A stretch of 64,000 nt of DNA, taken from the NCBI GenBank assembly GCA_965644295.1, contig CBFFRP010000298.1:186001-250000 (forward strand), read 5' to 3'. The notes beneath the pieces were generated by a model. It had not been told where the DNA came from, ran no database searches, and worked only from the letters and a program-made list of their open reading frames with translations. Numbering within the stretch: position 1 is the stretch's first letter; every line of letters begins with the position of its first letter. Positions 12,097 to 21,009 of this stretch are shown in pieces. A program made the translations under genes and the position numbers. Origin of the DNA: Paraphysomonas bandaiensis (taxonomy: Eukaryota; Protista; Chrysophyceae).

Positions 12097-12420
12097 ATGA
12101 ATTTTACGGTTAAAAATGTTGATATTGTATCAAAAGGTAAATACAAGTTAGGAGCAAAGAGAGTAAAACCTAAAACAGGGAATAAGCTTCAAATAAATGA
12201 TATAAGAACACTTTATAAAGCATTGTTAGATGATAAAGGAATAGATAGACATAAAATAAGCATATCTGTAAAAACCATTGACAATAGATACTTAACAATA
12301 AAGAGTTTTAAAGACAACGAAATTAAAGATTGGGATGATGTAGAATATTTAAAGAACAAAGTTAAAGATGATAAAAAATTTCTTGATTTTGTATATGCTG
12401 ATTTCTATGTGAAAACATAA
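12097..12420 (+). CDS. Hypothetical viral protein (107 aa)
   Basis: Clean ORF between the helicase and the polymerase, carrying the shared upstream motif. Confidence 0.7.
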   Translation: MNFTVKNVDIVSKGKYKLGAKRVKPKTGNKLQINDIRTLYKALLDDKGIDRHKISISVKTIDNRYLTIKSFKDNEIKDWDDVEYLKNKVKDDKKFLDFVYADFYVKT

Positions 12421-12492
12421 ATTAAAATAAATTAATATAAATTAATATAAAATAATATAAAGAATTATTATATATATATAATATATATAGTA

Positions 12493-14007
12493 ATGAGTTT
12501 TAATAAAAAAAAGTTTATCAATAAAAATGGCGAAGAAAGAGTATATAACAAAGAAACAGGCAAAGCGAGTTTTAATAAAAAAAAGTTTATCAATAAAAAT
12601 GGCGAAGAAAGAGTATATAACAAAGAAACAGGCGAAAATAGATATTTAAGATACTTCTATAGAGAGAACGGCAAAACATATTACATGTCACACGACAAAG
12701 ATGATTTGAACTGTCATGCAGACGAGTTATTTAAAGATGGATTGAATAAATATAACTATTTTGAATTGTTTGACGGTTATAAAGGTTCGAAAGAAGGAAT
12801 AATAAAGTATATGAAAGACTTTAAAGAAAGTTGCGATACATTACTAAAAGATGGTATATTTTATAAGAAATATTATAATCATAAGAGCGCTGCAACCCTA
12901 ACTTTTGTAAGATTCTCAAATATGAAAAAGAACAGTATAAGCATAAACAATAAGAAGGTTAGATTAGAAAACATAAACTTTAAAGAATCTTATGTTTTAG
13001 AGAAGTGTCATAATGCTGGTCTTTGTTGTTTAGATGAGAAATATAAAGATGATGTTATAAAGTGTTATGGATATGACTATGGAGCTTTCTATCCTCATAT
13101 TCTGTCTAAAAGTGATTTGAAAATTGCAACAACAAAGCCAGAATATAAGATGATGTCTCAAGATAAGTTTATGAAGAAGTTATCAAAAGGAAAGTTGAAA
13201 TATGGAGTATACAATGTCAAAATAACAATTAAAGAATGTAATAATAAAACAAGTCCTTCACAGTTTTATAAAAAGTTTTCATTTTCAAGTGATGATTGGT
13301 ATACTCATATAGACTTGTCATATGCATATTCACAAAAAGACAACTTTGAATTAGACTTTAAAATTAATGAACAAACGAAAGATTATAACACCATGATATA
13401 TGACAAAGATGACTTAATAGATAGCAAAGTTATATTTGAAAGTTGGTATGACAAATTAAAGAGTATGAAAGATAAGAATAAGAATATGTTAATCAAGCAT
13501 TTAATGTCTAGTATATGGGGTTATTTATGTGAACATAAGAAACTATATTATAATCAAGAAGAGTTTATGAAACTTGATGATGAAGATGTTTCAGACACAA
13601 CAGATAAACACGAAACAAAATATAAGATATTGAAAGAGAAGATGAGTATAGACAGTGATGATAATATAAAGATAAACTTCACATTGATTGACAAAGAACA
13701 ACCATATAAATACAACATAGCAAGAATGAAGCCTTTTTTAATGTCATATTGTCGTTGTTTTGTAGCTGAAATGATAGATAGAGAAGGCATATTAAATGAT
13801 ATAATAAGAATTCATACTGACGGTATAGTATTAAACAGAAAACACGAATTTAAAGACGAATACAAACCATTAAAAGAATCAAAGACAACAGGCAATATAT
13901 TATGGAAAAATACAAATACTTATTTCCATAAGTGTAAAAAGTGTAAGCGCTTATATTCACATAGAACAAATAAATTGATGGGTAAAGATGAAATACATGA
14001 ATGTTAA
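12493..14007 (+). CDS. Short, divergent family-B DNA polymerase (pPolB-derived)
   Basis: Motif A YGYDYGAFYP, motif B KHLMSSIWGYL and motif C IRIHTDGI in the correct order. There is an N-terminal 24-aa-period duplication and a C-terminal CKKC...H.C. Confidence 0.78.
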   Translation: MSFNKKKFINKNGEERVYNKETGKASFNKKKFINKNGEERVYNKETGENRYLRYFYRENGKTYYMSHDKDDLNCHADELFKDGLNKYNYFELFDGYKGSKEGIIKYMKDFKESCDTLLKDGIFYKKYYNHKSAATLTFVRFSNMKKNSISINNKKVRLENINFKESYVLEKCHNAGLCCLDEKYKDDVIKCYGYDYGAFYPHILSKSDLKIATTKPEYKMMSQDKFMKKLSKGKLKYGVYNVKITIKECNNKTSPSQFYKKFSFSSDDWYTHIDLSYAYSQKDNFELDFKINEQTKDYNTMIYDKDDLIDSKVIFESWYDKLKSMKDKNKNMLIKHLMSSIWGYLCEHKKLYYNQEEFMKLDDEDVSDTTDKHETKYKILKEKMSIDSDDNIKINFTLIDKEQPYKYNIARMKPFLMSYCRCFVAEMIDREGILNDIIRIHTDGIVLNRKHEFKDEYKPLKESKTTGNILWKNTNTYFHKCKKCKRLYSHRTNKLMGKDEIHEC

Positions 14008-15020
14008 TTATTTTGATTGTAATCATTAATCATATCTTGAAATCCATCTTCAATTAAGTTTTTCTCAGGTTCCCATGTGCTCTCATTCTTTCTGTAGTTC
14101 TTCCACCATATCAAATATTCAACTTTTTTCTTTTTTGTTCTCTTTCCAATAATTTTATATACTTCATATTTTGTTTCGTCTTCATCTTTAGCTTTCATGA
14201 GTTCATATTCAGAGTAAGATGTATTAGGTAATCCTTCTAATATATATCTGTAATAAGGTTTATCAGTGAAAGAAACAACTCTTATAATCTTCTTTGGTAT
14301 TTGTGAATATCTATAATCACCAACACGAAAATTTTTCGTATTTTGTTTATGTCCTAAAGCATTTTCAGGAGTGTCAAGCTTCTCATAAACAACATCGCCC
14401 ACATTATATTTTGCTTTAATAGAATAGTTAATGAATCCAGGTTCATTAACTGTTAAATTTTCTCTGAATTCATTTAAATCTTTTCTAACTATTGGTATTA
14501 TATCAGTCCATTCGCGAAATACTTTCTTTGTTTCTTTCTCTTTTTTATTCATATAACCATTAAAAAGTCTTGCTAATTGCTTATTTAGGGCTTCAACATT
14601 AGCCATTTGTTTATGTCTATTGGGTAAAGCGACTTTATGTAAAATTGAATTATCATGTAAGTATTTGAAAAAGACACCTTTAAATTCATTTCCGTCATCA
14701 GTTCTTATAGAAGCATAAGGTTTATCAATATATGGTCGTTTAAAGCATTCTTTCATAGCATTTAAGACAGTTTGAGAATCTTTATTCTTAATTGGTTCAA
14801 TGTCAAATCGTCTACTGAATAAATCACATATAACGAAACAGTATCTATATCCTTTTGAAGTTGTAGGAAGTTCCAATAAATCAGCCATCATATTATAATT
14901 AGCTTTTTGAACTGTATTCTTTCTAATGCTATTAAATTTCTTTTGTTTCTTTCCTTCTTTTGTAAATGTTTCATCAATATTTAGTTTCTTTATTATGTCG
15001 TTGAATGATTTCTTATTCAT
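14004..15020 (-). CDS. Retroviral-type (rve) integrase with C-terminal chromodomain
   Basis: DDE triad MMADL / IRTDDGNEF / ANVEALN. The chromodomain reads YEVYKIIGKR....VEYLIWWKNY...STWEPEKNL. Confidence 0.92.
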   Translation of the reverse strand: MNKKSFNDIIKKLNIDETFTKEGKKQKKFNSIRKNTVQKANYNMMADLLELPTTSKGYRYCFVICDLFSRRFDIEPIKNKDSQTVLNAMKECFKRPYIDKPYASIRTDDGNEFKGVFFKYLHDNSILHKVALPNRHKQMANVEALNKQLARLFNGYMNKKEKETKKVFREWTDIIPIVRKDLNEFRENLTVNEPGFINYSIKAKYNVGDVVYEKLDTPENALGHKQNTKNFRVGDYRYSQIPKKIIRVVSFTDKPYYRYILEGLPNTSYSEYELMKAKDEDETKYEVYKIIGKRTKKKKVEYLIWWKNYRKNESTWEPEKNLIEDGFQDMINDYNQNN

Positions 15021-15119
15021 ATATATTATGTGTATATATAAAATATAAAATATCTATTTGCTTAATTTTATATAAAGTCATTTAAAAAAATAAAAATATA
15101 TAGTATTATTATAACATAC

Positions 15120-15326
15120 ATGAATAAGTCAGAAAAGAATATTGCTTATCAAAAGGAATACTACAAGAAGAATAAAGACAAACTAATAGCTTATAATTGT
15201 AAAAAAGTCAAATGTGAATTATGCAATAGGGAAGTTTGTAAAAACAGAATTAAATTACATTACAAAACGGCATTATGTAAGAGAACACAAGAAGAGAAAA
15301 AGATGATTGAAGAAAGAAAGAAATAA
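15120..15326 (+). CDS. Small zinc-finger protein
   Basis: KEYYKKNKDK...CELC...H..T..C pattern, with the shared upstream motif. Confidence 0.7.
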   Translation: MNKSEKNIAYQKEYYKKNKDKLIAYNCKKVKCELCNREVCKNRIKLHYKTALCKRTQEEKKMIEERKK

Positions 15327-15382
15327 ATTAATAATTATTATAAAATGGTTTAAAAACTTATAAATATATATATATTATTATA

Positions 15383-15889
15383 ATGGCTGAAGAATGGAAA
15401 GTGATTGATGGATACAACAATAATTATAGTGTATCAAATAAAGGAAATATAAAGAATAACAAGACAAATAAGATATTGAAGCAAGCTATAAATAGAGACG
15501 GATATAATAAACTTTGTCTCTCTATGAATGGAAAGAAAAAAACAATTGATATACATAGATTGGTTGCAATGGCTTTTATACCAAATCCAGAAAATAAGCC
15601 TTGTGTAGACCATGTAAATAATATAAAAACAGACAACAATGTCAATAATTTGAGATGGGTTACAAATTCAGAGAATAATTATAACCAAAAGTTAAGCAAA
15701 GCAAATACATCTGGCGTGAAAGGAGTGTCTTATAACAAAAAAGATAAGAAATGGAGAGCGAAAATACAATTAGACGGCATTTCAATTCACCTTGGAAATT
15801 TTGACACAATCGAAGAAGCAAAACAAGCAAGAATAAAAAGAGCAAATGAAGCATTCGGAGTCTTCATAAATGCCTGTGAAAGAGAATAA
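15383..15889 (+). CDS. NUMOD4-HNH-AP2 homing endonuclease-like protein
   Basis: EEWKVIDGY..YSVSNKG (NUMOD4), HRLVA.AF...VDH.N..K.DN..NNLRWVT.SEN (HNH) and SGVKGVSY....KKWRAKI......HLG.F....EA..AR (AP2). Confidence 0.9.
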   Translation: MAEEWKVIDGYNNNYSVSNKGNIKNNKTNKILKQAINRDGYNKLCLSMNGKKKTIDIHRLVAMAFIPNPENKPCVDHVNNIKTDNNVNNLRWVTNSENNYNQKLSKANTSGVKGVSYNKKDKKWRAKIQLDGISIHLGNFDTIEEAKQARIKRANEAFGVFINACERE

Positions 15890-16219
15890 GAATCCTACAT
15901 AACAATAACAATGAATATAATGAATACGACACATATAACCAAACAAAGACAATATACCTGATATGCACTCATAATGACATCATATTTCCTTTATTTCCAT
16001 GCTTGTTATATATCACAATGATATAGACACAATGACAATGAATATTATGAATGAATATATATATAATGTATATATATACTCGTAGACACATAAACAACAC
16101 AACAGCATCACAACAACAACACAACATACACACCAACACAACAAACAACACAAAAATACAGAAAATATACAGACTAAAAATATTACATTTATATATTTAA
16201 ATCATGTCATCACGTATTA

Positions 16220-16438
16220 GGAAAGACGTTTGGAGTCGTTCCGGATGAAATAGTCTGTGGCGGCAGATGAAATAATCTGGTTCGATTCCCTATGCCGCCA
16301 CATTGAAAAAAGGCGTTTTTCTGAAAAAAAATGGAACTCAAATACTGTTAATGCTAGGCTTGGACCACATTAACACACATGAGGGTTCCAAACCATTTTT
16401 GGGGGAATTCCTTTACAACAATGGTTTGGAATCCTCAT
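16220..16438 (+). ncRNA. Candidate structured non-coding RNA with Pol III B-box
   Basis: GC-richer island in the only long intergenic gap. It has GGTTCGATTCC at 16279-16289, a 10-bp stem 16256-16265/16293-16302, a T5 run at 16316-16320 and a 19-bp stem 16379-16397/16420-16438. Confidence 0.4.
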
Positions 16439-16630
16439 AGCACCCATTTTGCTATAAAATAATCTTGAAAAGTCCCAATTTTGCTAAAACAAAACGACAA
16501 AATCCCAATTTTTATATAAAAACCTTGATTTATATAAAAAACCTTAATTTTAGAAATAAAACCCCCAATTTTTTTAAAAACCCTCAATTTAATTATAGAA
16601 TATAATAATGTTGTTGTATTATATATATAG

Positions 16631-18373
16631 ATGTCAATTTATACAAAGCCGAAAACAAGCAATAATGCCATTTTCAATGCAGAAAATCATAAACAGATTG
16701 AAACAGCAAGAGTAATATTAAATATGGCGGAATATGCAAGATTAGACAATGCTAAATTTACAGCGAACGTTGAAATCTTGAATGGTAATAACTTAACCAT
16801 AAACAATGAACCCCAAACAGTTGCTTTCACAGATTCAAAAAATAATATGTTGTCAGATATGAATACAAGATTATTAAACCTCACTGGAAATGAAATACAA
16901 ACATTAGACGGTATAAATACCAATGAAACTATACAATCACAATTAGATACATTGACAGCAAGTTTTAATGGTCTTGATGCTCTCCAAGATATAGACTTAA
17001 TTAATATACCGAATTTACAAACGGATGTGGCAAATTTACAAGCCCAAGATATAGCATTACAGAACAATATAAATTCTAAACATGATATAATCGATCTGAA
17101 TAATAAGTTATATTCTTCATTAGTGTATGATTCAACAGAATTAGACACAATAGATAATATTATTTCTAGTTTGAAGACTCAAATAACAAGTAATGATACA
17201 GACATAACAAACTTACAAAGTGACAAACACGATTTAATAGATGTAAATAACAAGTTGGATTCTGGATTAGTTTATGACTCAACAGAATTAGACACAATAG
17301 ATAATATAATTTCTAGTTTGAAGACTCAAATAACAAGTAATGATACAGACATAACAAACTTACAAAGTGACAAACATGATTTAATAGATGTAAATAACAA
17401 GTTGGACTCTTCATTAGTGTATGATTCAGCAGAATTAGATACAATAGATAATATAATAGTAAATTTACAAGGTCAAATAACAAGTAATGATACAGATATA
17501 ACAAACTTACAAAGTGATAAACATGATTTAATAGACGTAAATAACAGGTTAGATTCTTCATTAGTATATGACTCAACAGAATTAAACACAATGGATAATA
17601 TTATTTCTAGTTTGAATGCTCAAATAACAAGCAATGACACAGATATAACAAACTTACAAAGTGACAAACATGATTTAATAGATGTAAATAATAAACTTGA
17701 TTCATCATTAGTTTATGACTCGACAGAATTAAACACAATGGATAATATTATTTCTAGTTTGAAGACTCAAATAACAAGCAATGACACAGATATAACAAAC
17801 TTACAAAGTGATAAACATGATATAATCGATGTAAACAATAAATTGGATTCATCTTTAGTTTATGACTCTACATTTACTGATACAATTGATAACTTGCTAA
17901 GTACAATAGACGGCAATATTACAACACTTGAAAATACAAAATTGAATTTAACAGGAGGAACAATGACAGGAAATATAACAACTAAACAAATAAGCGAATC
18001 CATCAGCACAACATATACGTTTTCTTCAAATGTGTTGACATATAATTATAGCAATGGTTCAATCATATATTTCAATGGTTTAACAAGTGATACAAATTTT
18101 GAACTTGATATAACGAATATTAATTCAAGTAACTTAACAAATACTTCTTTCACAGTGTCAGTTATAATAGACACATCAACATATAAGGCATATATAAACA
18201 CTTTAAAAGTTAATACAGTTTCAGAAACGTTGAATGTGTCAGGAGGACTCGCAAATATTAATGTAGACGATGTGACAACATCAGGAGCAATATTACAAAC
18301 AATAACAATAATATATACTAATTCAGGAACATCACCAACGAAAGTAATATCAAATATAGGTTCATATTATTAA
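16631..18373 (+). CDS. Fibre-like virion protein with 49-aa tandem repeats
   Basis: 147-bp repeats start at 17078, 17225, 17372, 17519, 17666 and 17813 (partial). It has an LTGGTMTGNI fibre-type motif, a beta-rich C-terminus and an N-terminus shared with 28313-29368. Confidence 0.7.
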   Translation: MSIYTKPKTSNNAIFNAENHKQIETARVILNMAEYARLDNAKFTANVEILNGNNLTINNEPQTVAFTDSKNNMLSDMNTRLLNLTGNEIQTLDGINTNETIQSQLDTLTASFNGLDALQDIDLINIPNLQTDVANLQAQDIALQNNINSKHDIIDLNNKLYSSLVYDSTELDTIDNIISSLKTQITSNDTDITNLQSDKHDLIDVNNKLDSGLVYDSTELDTIDNIISSLKTQITSNDTDITNLQSDKHDLIDVNNKLDSSLVYDSAELDTIDNIIVNLQGQITSNDTDITNLQSDKHDLIDVNNRLDSSLVYDSTELNTMDNIISSLNAQITSNDTDITNLQSDKHDLIDVNNKLDSSLVYDSTELNTMDNIISSLKTQITSNDTDITNLQSDKHDIIDVNNKLDSSLVYDSTFTDTIDNLLSTIDGNITTLENTKLNLTGGTMTGNITTKQISESISTTYTFSSNVLTYNYSNGSIIYFNGLTSDTNFELDITNINSSNLTNTSFTVSVIIDTSTYKAYINTLKVNTVSETLNVSGGLANINVDDVTTSGAILQTITIIYTNSGTSPTKVISNIGSYY

Positions 18374-18374
18374 A

Positions 18375-18500
18375 AATAATTTATTCTATTCAAAATATTT
18401 TTTCAAAATAATTTATCAAAAATATTTATTCTATTCAAAATATTTTTTCAAAATAATTTATTCTATTCAAAATATTTTTTCAAAATAATTTATCAAAAAT
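18375..18500 (+). repeat. Internal copy of the 45-bp TIR repeat
   Basis: Same unit as 9777-9915, located immediately after the fibre stop codon. Confidence 0.85.
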
Positions 18501-18545
18501 ATATAAAACAATTTAAAAAAATATTATATATATATATTATATATC

Positions 18546-18713
18546 ATGCCTAGAGAAATTAAAAGAAAGTGTAAACATTGTGATAAAACTATAAAAAGAA
18601 TAAACAATGATTGGGAATCAAGAGAATATCATAAGAAATGTTATAAAGAGATTGAAGAGATGAAGTCAATGATTATGAATATGGAGAAATATAAGAAGAT
18701 GTATAATTTATAA
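18546..18713 (+). CDS. 55-aa CxxC...HxxC zinc-finger protein (below the ORF-track cutoff)
   Basis: MPREIKRKCKHCDKTIKRINNDWESREYHKKCYKEIEEM...; preceded by AAAACAATTTAAAA and TATATA like the other viral genes. Confidence 0.65.
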   Translation: MPREIKRKCKHCDKTIKRINNDWESREYHKKCYKEIEEMKSMIMNMEKYKKMYNL

Positions 18714-18776
18714 ATTTTGTTGTCATTATAGTTAGTTAGTATTATATATACATATGTATATGTAACGTTTCAAAAA

Positions 18777-19100
18777 TTAATAGCCTTGTTCAGGTTTAAT
18801 ATAAGAACCGTGTGAATCATCATATTCTTTTAATAGCTTTTTTCGTTTTTCATAAGCTTTAGTTTTTTCAAGTTGTTCACTTGGTAAGTTTCTATTAATA
18901 GGATTCTTATAATATATTTGTTGTCTTTCATCTAATAATTCAATACTTTTCAATTTCTTTTGTATATCCAAGTCTTTAATCAATGCTTTATATTCATCTA
19001 TTTTTTGATTCAGTTCATTAATTTCTCTTTGAACTTGTGGTTTTCTAGATTTAGGAATACTGTATAATTCATTTTTTAAACAAATAACAAAATCTGCCAT
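18777..19100 (-). CDS. Hypothetical coiled-coil viral protein
   Basis: 107-aa ORF with a TATATA tract upstream. Confidence 0.6.
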   Translation of the reverse strand: MADFVICLKNELYSIPKSRKPQVQREINELNQKIDEYKALIKDLDIQKKLKSIELLDERQQIYYKNPINRNLPSEQLEKTKAYEKRKKLLKEYDDSHGSYIKPEQGY

Positions 19101-19212
19101 AAAGTATATATAATATGTTTATATAAAAATATAGTTTTCAAATTTAATAAAAATAATAATTTTATTATAAAACAATTTAAAAAACTAATTTTATATATAT
19201 AATATATATATT

Positions 19213-19587
19213 ATGAAAACTTTAACAATTGACATTGAAGAAATTGACAGTTTATATTCAAAGCTACAAAATGATAAAGAAATAAGATGTATTGTATTTA
19301 AAGATTCGAAAATGAATGAAATATTAACAAGACCTTTTGACATGAACGTTCGCAATTATGATGAATATATGATACGTACAGAAGTATCTATGAGAAAACT
19401 AAATAAAATTATTAAAAATATTCCTAACACAATAACACATCTTGAATTTACTAAACCTATTTGTTGGTATGAAAAAGAAGTTTTCAAATATTTACCTCAA
19501 AGCATACTTAAAATTAAAAATGAAAACAATCACATAATGACTAGAGAAGAAATTAAAAAGTATTCCAAACAAACATCTTATAAATGA
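19213..19587 (+). CDS. Hypothetical protein with FNIP-like repeat fragments
   Basis: IPNTITHLEF and LPQSILKIK resemble FNIP/IP22 repeat units. Confidence 0.6.
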   Translation: MKTLTIDIEEIDSLYSKLQNDKEIRCIVFKDSKMNEILTRPFDMNVRNYDEYMIRTEVSMRKLNKIIKNIPNTITHLEFTKPICWYEKEVFKYLPQSILKIKNENNHIMTREEIKKYSKQTSYK

Positions 19588-19601
19588 CGTAATTTTTAAA
19601 T

Positions 19602-20288
19602 TTATTCTCCAATAACTTTGTCAGGTTTTAAATATTTCAAAGCGTCTGTACTATGTGATTTAAAAGGGTTATTTGTTTTAGCATTAAATACTTTAGTTTT
19701 ATTTTTTTTATTATTATTAAAATAATTTAATGATGATACAGGGTCATTGCTTGTTTTAATGTCTGTTTGATTTGATTGATTTTTTTTTAACATTTCAAAA
19801 GGTGATATTGCCTTATTAAATGTAATAACGTTTTTTGAATTCTTCCCTACTTCTTCTGCAACGATGCCACCTAAAGAATGCCCTAATGTGTGCATGTTTT
19901 CAGTTCCATATTTCTTTTCTGCTTTCTTTTGTATTTTTTTAGCATGTTTAAATCTATTTCCTCTATATCCAAATAATAAGCCTGTATCAGTCATCATATC
20001 TTTTTTAGAGTTTGTCCCACGATGAACAACAACGGGCATATTATTTTCTTCATCATAATAAACTTTTGTTCTATTTCCAGATAAATGCTTATCAACTTTA
20101 AAATTACCTACATCTTTGTTTTTTTTATTATATGAAGACTTTAATAATTTTCTTGTTTCATCTGCTGTTAAAGCACCACCTTTCATTTCATAATATAATG
20201 CTCTGCACACAGGGTCTGATAAGGCTTCATTATACTTCATATTATTTTGTTCGCTATATTGTTTTACGTGTTGTATCCATTTAGACAT
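19602..20288 (-). CDS. Lipase-like alpha/beta hydrolase with a small N-terminal helical domain
   Basis: VVHRGT, GHSLGG nucleophile elbow, DPVS and SHS. Probable start is MSKW at 20288 (track start 20312). Confidence 0.85.
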   Translation of the reverse strand: MSKWIQHVKQYSEQNNMKYNEALSDPVCRALYYEMKGGALTADETRKLLKSSYNKKNKDVGNFKVDKHLSGNRTKVYYDEENNMPVVVHRGTNSKKDMMTDTGLLFGYRGNRFKHAKKIQKKAEKKYGTENMHTLGHSLGGIVAEEVGKNSKNVITFNKAISPFEMLKKNQSNQTDIKTSNDPVSSLNYFNNNKKNKTKVFNAKTNNPFKSHSTDALKYLKPDKVIGE

Positions 20289-20419
20289 ATTAATACTATA
20301 TATATTACACATATATAATAAAATGAAATAGTTTTATAATGCGATTAATAAAATTGGGAATATTTTTTGAATAATAACTTTAACTAGAATCTCAACAATC
20401 AACGATTTAATGAGAGCCT

Positions 20420-20956
20420 TTAAGAAGCTTTCATCGTCATTGAAAAAAAAATTCTAAGTCTTGTTGCTAATCTTCTGAATATGTTACTTCTTTTAACTTT
20501 ATACATTACATTATTGATACTATGTAATAAATATGTTTCATCATTGTTAAAATATGGTTTCATTATTTCAACAACAGCTTCCATTTTCATATTGTTTCTT
20601 TGTTCTTTATCACCATAAATAAAAAAATATTCAGCAATATCTAAGACAGCCACTAATAATTCACTATCATATTTATTGCTTCTTGGATCAAGAGGCTTTA
20701 AAGTTTCCTTCAAGTTTTCTAAGAACACAGCTTTTTGATTATCTAGTTTATACTTCTTTCTTAAGTTTCTATATGATTTAAGCCGCTTAAGATTATGATT
20801 GTAAAGTGTTTTTGGTGGTAATTCACGCATTGATTCTTGCTTTTGAATAACAGGAGCCTTAAATGAATCAAAAGGATTTGAATCAGATTCAACAATTGAT
20901 TTATATGTTTCAGGCATAGCGTCTGTTGGTTTACTAGGAACAGTCAATTTTTTCAT
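20420..20956 (-). CDS. Hypothetical viral protein; possible -1 frameshift extension to 20334
   Basis: 178-aa ORF that ends just after a T9 run (see findings). Confidence 0.75.
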   Translation of the reverse strand: MKKLTVPSKPTDAMPETYKSIVESDSNPFDSFKAPVIQKQESMRELPPKTLYNHNLKRLKSYRNLRKKYKLDNQKAVFLENLKETLKPLDPRSNKYDSELLVAVLDIAEYFFIYGDKEQRNNMKMEAVVEIMKPYFNNDETYLLHSINNVMYKVKRSNIFRRLATRLRIFFSMTMKAS

Positions 20957-21009
20957 CTATATATATATAAATTGCAGATTTAAAAAATTATATAATTCTT
21001 TAACATAAA

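Noticed and set aside
16240-16305. Complete tRNA, hammerhead or HDV-like ribozyme
   Set aside because: There are no D or anticodon arms. The GATGAAA motifs lack the CUGANGA core on either strand, and the HDV P1.1/P4 elements are missing.
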